Below are positions 59,828-64,000 of a stretch of DNA of 64,000 nt, one piece after another. The DNA lies in contig CAMZKT010000029.1 in NCBI GenBank assembly GCA_947311435.1, positions 382 through 64,381 on the forward strand. The letters run 5' to 3'. How positions within the stretch are numbered: position 1 is the stretch's first letter; each line of letters begins with the position of its first letter. Under the pieces are notes generated by a model, which searched no databases, was not told the origin of the DNA, and saw only the letters and a list, made by a program, of their open reading frames with translations. Position numbers and translations under genes: made by a program. This DNA is from an uncultured Desulfocapsa sp. GTDB lineage: Bacteria; Desulfobacterota; Desulfobulbia; Desulfobulbales; Desulfocapsaceae.

Positions 59828-62095
59828 TCAATTCTGTTTATAACTGAAGGTCAACTTCTTCTTTCTTGTACCGACCGTCACATGACCGCCAGTGACAAGC
59901 TCCCCAAACAGAATTTGATCGGTGAGGACGTCTCCTATCTCCTTCAGGATTAATCGTCGCAACGGTCTTGCCCCATATGCAGGCTCGTATCCTTTTTTAG
60001 CCAACCAACTCCTTGCACCTGTCGTCAGACTAATACTGACCTTACGGTCGGCAAGCTGTTCCTGTAACTCAACCACCATCTTGTCGACCACTTTTTCCAC
60101 GGCAGCTGGTGCAAGTTCTGCAAAAGAAATACTCGCATCAAGACGGTTACGAAATTCTGGTGAGAAGAGGTTTTTAAGCGCCTTCTGCTCACGCCCCTTG
60201 GTTTCGGCAACAAAACCAATGGGAGCCGTTGCCATCTCACGAGCCCCGGCATTACTTGTCATGATAATGATTACATTCCTGAAATCTGCCCTTCTTCCAG
60301 AGTTATCAGTCAAAGTAGAATGATCCATTACCTGGAGCAGGATGGAAAAAATATCAGGATGAGCCTTCTCGATCTCATCAAACAACAGTACCGAATAGGG
60401 ATGTTTTCTGATAGCTTCGGTGAGCAAACCACCCTGATCAAATCCAACGTATCCAGGAGGTGCGCCAATAAGTCTGGCCACCGCGTGTTTCTCCATATAC
60501 TCACTCATATCAAAGCGTTCAAAGTGGATGGAAAGCTGTTCTGCAAGCTGCCTGGCAACCTCCGTTTTCCCCACACCGGTGGGGCCTGCGAAGAGAAAAC
60601 TTCCCGTAGGACTATCTGGATTTCCAAGGCCAGCCCGTGAACGTTTCACAGCACCAACCACCGCATCAATGGCGTCATCCTGACCAAAGATGACTGCTTT
60701 CATAGCACCTCCCAACTCCTTTAAAGAAGAGAGTTCGGCACTGGAGCCACTTTTGGCCGGCACCCTGGCCATCCGGGAAACAACGTTTTCAACATCCCGA
60801 ACCTTGACGATTTTCCCAAGTTTTCCTGCCATGCGAAACGCAGAACCCACCTCGTCCATGATGTCAATGGCCTTATCAGGAAGAAAGCGATCATTAATGT
60901 ATCTATCTGCAAGCTCTGCCGTTGCACGAATAGCAGGCTTTGAGTAAGACACCTGATGATGCCCTTCATAGCGGGATTGCAGACCCGCAAGGATTCGTCT
61001 GGTATCTTCAACCGTTGGTTCTTCCACATCTATTTTCTGGAACCTGCGGGAAAGCGCACGATCTTTTTCTATATGGTTCTTATACTCCTCATAAGTGGTG
61101 GAACCTATACAGCGAAGAGTTCCTGCCTGAAGAGCTGGTTTCAACAAATTGGACGCATCCATGGAGCCGCCACTGGTTGCCCCGGCACCCACAATGGTGT
61201 GCATCTCATCGATAAACAGAATTGCATTATCTTTTCGCTCAACTGCAGAGATAACGCCTTTGATCCGTTTTTCAAAATCTCCACGATATTTGGTTCCAGC
61301 TACCATATTCCCCATATCAAGAAGATATATCTCCACATCCTGAAGAAGATCAGGTACCAGTGCTTTCTTCCCGGCATCACGTACCTCAGCGTCCTCATGA
61401 ATCAAAAGTGCCAGCCCTTCAGCAATGGCTGTCTTTCCGACACCCGGTTCCCCAACCAGCAAAGGATTGTTCTTTCTACGGCTACACAACACCTGCATCA
61501 TGCGGTGCACTTCATCTTTTCTGCCAATCAGAGGGTCAAGTTTTCCCTTAGCTGCAAGTTTTGCATAATTGACGGTGAATTCCTGGAGGATCTTATCCTC
61601 TTTAGCATCTTTTTTCTCCGTTCCTTCACTATTGGGCATCCTGGCTAAAGGCTCTTTTTGCAATCCCTCCGGTAAGGCGTGAGAAATAAACTCCACCACC
61701 GCCATTCTGCCCAGACCTTCTGAACCAAGGAAAAAGACAGCATGGGACTCGGCTTCCGAAAAAATGGACACCAGTACATCACCACTATCAACCTCCTTCT
61801 TCCCGCAACTCTGGACATGGGCAACAGCACGCTGTAACACCCGGTTAAAGGCCACAGTCTGAGCTGGTTCACCAGGAAGTTTGAGGTCATGAATAGGAAG
61901 CTCTCCTGCAAAAAATGCTTCCAGCCGATTCTTCAAGTTCTCGGTGGACCCTCCACACTCCTGGATAATGTAGCCCGTCAGTTCATCGTGCAGTAACCCA
62001 TACAGCATATGTTCAACGGTAACATACTCATGGTGATGGCTCTTGGCTTCTCTAATGGCCCTTATCAGGGCTGCTTCCAATGCTTTACTTATCAT
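59828..62095 (-). CDS. clpA: ATP-dependent Clp protease ATP-binding subunit ClpA
   Basis: HEYVTVEH, KNNPLLVGEPGVGKT, GPTGVGKT, RFDMSEYMEKH, APIGF; downstream of clpS. Confidence 0.96.
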   Translation of the reverse strand: MISKALEAALIRAIREAKSHHHEYVTVEHMLYGLLHDELTGYIIQECGGSTENLKNRLEAFFAGELPIHDLKLPGEPAQTVAFNRVLQRAVAHVQSCGKKEVDSGDVLVSIFSEAESHAVFFLGSEGLGRMAVVEFISHALPEGLQKEPLARMPNSEGTEKKDAKEDKILQEFTVNYAKLAAKGKLDPLIGRKDEVHRMMQVLCSRRKNNPLLVGEPGVGKTAIAEGLALLIHEDAEVRDAGKKALVPDLLQDVEIYLLDMGNMVAGTKYRGDFEKRIKGVISAVERKDNAILFIDEMHTIVGAGATSGGSMDASNLLKPALQAGTLRCIGSTTYEEYKNHIEKDRALSRRFQKIDVEEPTVEDTRRILAGLQSRYEGHHQVSYSKPAIRATAELADRYINDRFLPDKAIDIMDEVGSAFRMAGKLGKIVKVRDVENVVSRMARVPAKSGSSAELSSLKELGGAMKAVIFGQDDAIDAVVGAVKRSRAGLGNPDSPTGSFLFAGPTGVGKTEVARQLAEQLSIHFERFDMSEYMEKHAVARLIGAPPGYVGFDQGGLLTEAIRKHPYSVLLFDEIEKAHPDIFSILLQVMDHSTLTDNSGRRADFRNVIIIMTSNAGAREMATAPIGFVAETKGREQKALKNLFSPEFRNRLDASISFAELAPAAVEKVVDKMVVELQEQLADRKVSISLTTGARSWLAKKGYEPAYGARPLRRLILKEIGDVLTDQILFGELVTGGHVTVGTRKKKLTFSYKQN

Positions 62096-62242
62096 ATTGT
62101 CAACCAGTCGATTATGATGGAACTGTAAAAAATCCTTATCTACTTTACCTCGTAGCTAGTACATTAGAAGATTTTTAACAGGCCAGAAGGTTTTTTTACC
62201 TTTTTACAAATCATCAAATAAAAACAGTTACCAGAGAGATCG

Positions 62243-62545
62243 TCAAATTTTTTCCATGGTACATCGAAGCGGAAATTCACTCTGCCGAGCAAGATCATGT
62301 ACAAGGTTCACCTTGGTTTCGCATATTTCACGGGTGTATACTCCTGCAGTCCCCACTCCCTCCTGATGAACACTCAGCATGATTTTACTGGCCTCTGTTG
62401 TGTTCTTCTTGAAAATACGCTCCAGGATCGCTATTACAAATTCCATGGACGTATAATCATCGTTGTGCAACAACACCTTGTAAAGGGATGGCTCCCGAAC
62501 TTCGCTGCGATCTTTGGTGGCTGTTGATCCTTTTTTATCGCTCAT
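62243..62545 (-). CDS. clpS: Clp protease adaptor ClpS
   Basis: LYKVLLHNDDYTSMEFV, MLSVHQEG, FPLRCTME. Confidence 0.96.
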   Translation of the reverse strand: MSDKKGSTATKDRSEVREPSLYKVLLHNDDYTSMEFVIAILERIFKKNTTEASKIMLSVHQEGVGTAGVYTREICETKVNLVHDLARQSEFPLRCTMEKI

Positions 62546-62787
62546 AATGTATACTCTAATCTTCTTTTCTAACCCAACAAGTCGCAAATCATTTTAGATT
62601 TGCTGAATAAGTGCTTTAAGGTCAACTCTAAGACCCTGATTCCAAAAATCCCTAACAGCTTCTTGTGATCTTGCTACAGGTTCCAAGGAATAAGGTACTG
62701 CCTTAAGTATACGGATAATCCCTCACTATTTCAACCTTGATGGTAACTGCTTACAAGATGCTGTGCGTTCTCAGCAATTTCACTATC

Positions 62788-63999
62788 CTACTGTCTTTTT
62801 TCTTTCAGCAGACAGAGAAAGAGCTCCTCTAAAACAAGTCCCGGAGGAAGAGGTGCACCTTTAAGGCGAAATTCTGCCCGCAGGAGCAGAACCAGCCAAC
62901 GTTTCAACACGGTGCAAGAGAACTCCTGTGCCTTGCTGAAGGACATAAACAGGGCATAAGGGTGTCCTTTTAACAGATCACTCCACTGTTCCTGTTCCTT
63001 GAGTGCTGGGAGATATACCTTCTGAAATTGTCCCGCGTTCATAGCAGGCTTCCAGGGCGGTTCTGAACCCAGCTGTAGTGACCTGAATATAAGTAATTTT
63101 CGTAAATAATTGCGCATGGTGGCAAGAATTGCCAAGCCATGAACTCCCTGATCCAGGAGCCTGTGTAACAGTACCAGTGTCCGGGCGCCCTGTCTTTTGC
63201 CAAAGGCATCTGTGAGTTCATACAACGCATCTTCGCGGGTTCTTCCAACCATAATATGTAAATCATCCGCAGTAATCGTATCACGGTCACCTACATAGAG
63301 GGCAAGTTTTTCAGTCTCCATGACCACTGCAACGGGATGAAAACCCACGCGTTCAAAAAGAAGTTCCAAAGCCTGCGGTGCTATTTTTTTCTGGAAAGTG
63401 CCAAGGCTTTTCAAAACCATTTCCCGTAGCACATCCTTTTGCCCCTTTTGTGCAGCAGAACTCCCTCCCGGTGCCACCGAACAATCGACAACCACCCCCT
63501 CTTTTTTAATATAGGTAAACAACTGTTTACGCTTATCCACAGCCTCCGCAGCAAGCAACAAAACATTCCCCGGTGGAAGGCCTCTTTTCAGTGCAGCCAC
63601 ATACTGAGTCGCAATATCACTACTCCCTGTACTCTTTTTCATCCCCCCTCCAGAAGAAAGCAGTTCTGAAGTCCAGGCCAGATCGGATGCAGGCTTTGCA
63701 AAGGAAAAAAGACTCTGCCATTGAGACGCACTCATCTCATTGAGAGATTCATCAACTGTCAAACCTCCAACAGCAAGAAAAGCGAGAAGCTGGCGGCGAC
63801 ATGCTCTTTCTTTCTTTTCCTCCCGCGCCTGTATCACCTTTTCCCAGATGGATGATGCCACAGTCCTGGAATGAAAAAGCCTGCTGTCAGTAACTCGAAA
63901 TATTTGAGTACCCGGTAAAAGGCTATAATTCATGAGTTGCCCAAGGGTTTTACTGCTATCCTCAGCATCACCATCAATACTATTGACAGTTCCACCACT
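62788..63999 (-). CDS. holA: DNA polymerase III delta subunit (5'-partial, extends beyond window)
   Basis: DKRKQLF, METEKLALYVGDRDTIT, LYELTDA, EFRLKG, LEEL. The frame stays open from 63933 to the window end. Confidence 0.78.
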   Translation of the reverse strand, partial: SGGTVNSIDGDAEDSSKTLGQLMNYSLLPGTQIFRVTDSRLFHSRTVASSIWEKVIQAREEKKERACRRQLLAFLAVGGLTVDESLNEMSASQWQSLFSFAKPASDLAWTSELLSSGGGMKKSTGSSDIATQYVAALKRGLPPGNVLLLAAEAVDKRKQLFTYIKKEGVVVDCSVAPGGSSAAQKGQKDVLREMVLKSLGTFQKKIAPQALELLFERVGFHPVAVVMETEKLALYVGDRDTITADDLHIMVGRTREDALYELTDAFGKRQGARTLVLLHRLLDQGVHGLAILATMRNYLRKLLIFRSLQLGSEPPWKPAMNAGQFQKVYLPALKEQEQWSDLLKGHPYALFMSFSKAQEFSCTVLKRWLVLLLRAEFRLKGAPLPPGLVLEELFLCLLKEKRQ

Positions 64000-64000
64000 C

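Overview
Bacterial chromosomal window. Gene content (PEP-CTERM protein, CbiK, TAXI receptor, ExeA/B plus a T2SS with GspN, CFI-box-CTERM protein) suggests a Desulfobacterota genome, probably Desulfobulbales-like; this is inference. Left part: ABC-F ATPase, diguanylate cyclase, adenylate cyclase with a TPR lipoprotein, acyltransferase, a complete MoxR/Bat operon and a PEP-CTERM gene. The middle (~15.64-30.91 kb) looks like an inserted block. Its G/C skew is opposite to the flanks in spot counts, and it is bounded by 5'-truncated remnants of a tungstate-type ABC ATPase gene and of serS. It carries a 12-gene TonB-dependent uptake operon behind a sigma54-type promoter enclosed by inverted repeats. 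This operon embeds a CcsA/ResB-like pair that appears to keep the transmembrane heme histidines but to have lost the external ones; this is the best candidate for an undescribed system. The block also holds an IS4-like MITE and a Fic-HTH gene. Right part: heterodimeric ABC exporter, cbiK, comEA, an internally deleted btuF-like remnant, orphan TAXI receptor, rmuC, exeBA, a T2SS in the order gspFGHIJKLMNCDE, a delta-60-repeat/CFI-box-CTERM surface protein, antiporter-USP fusion, clpA, clpS and partial holA. No CRISPR, rRNA or tRNA was seen. All family calls are by eye from motifs; no database search was run.
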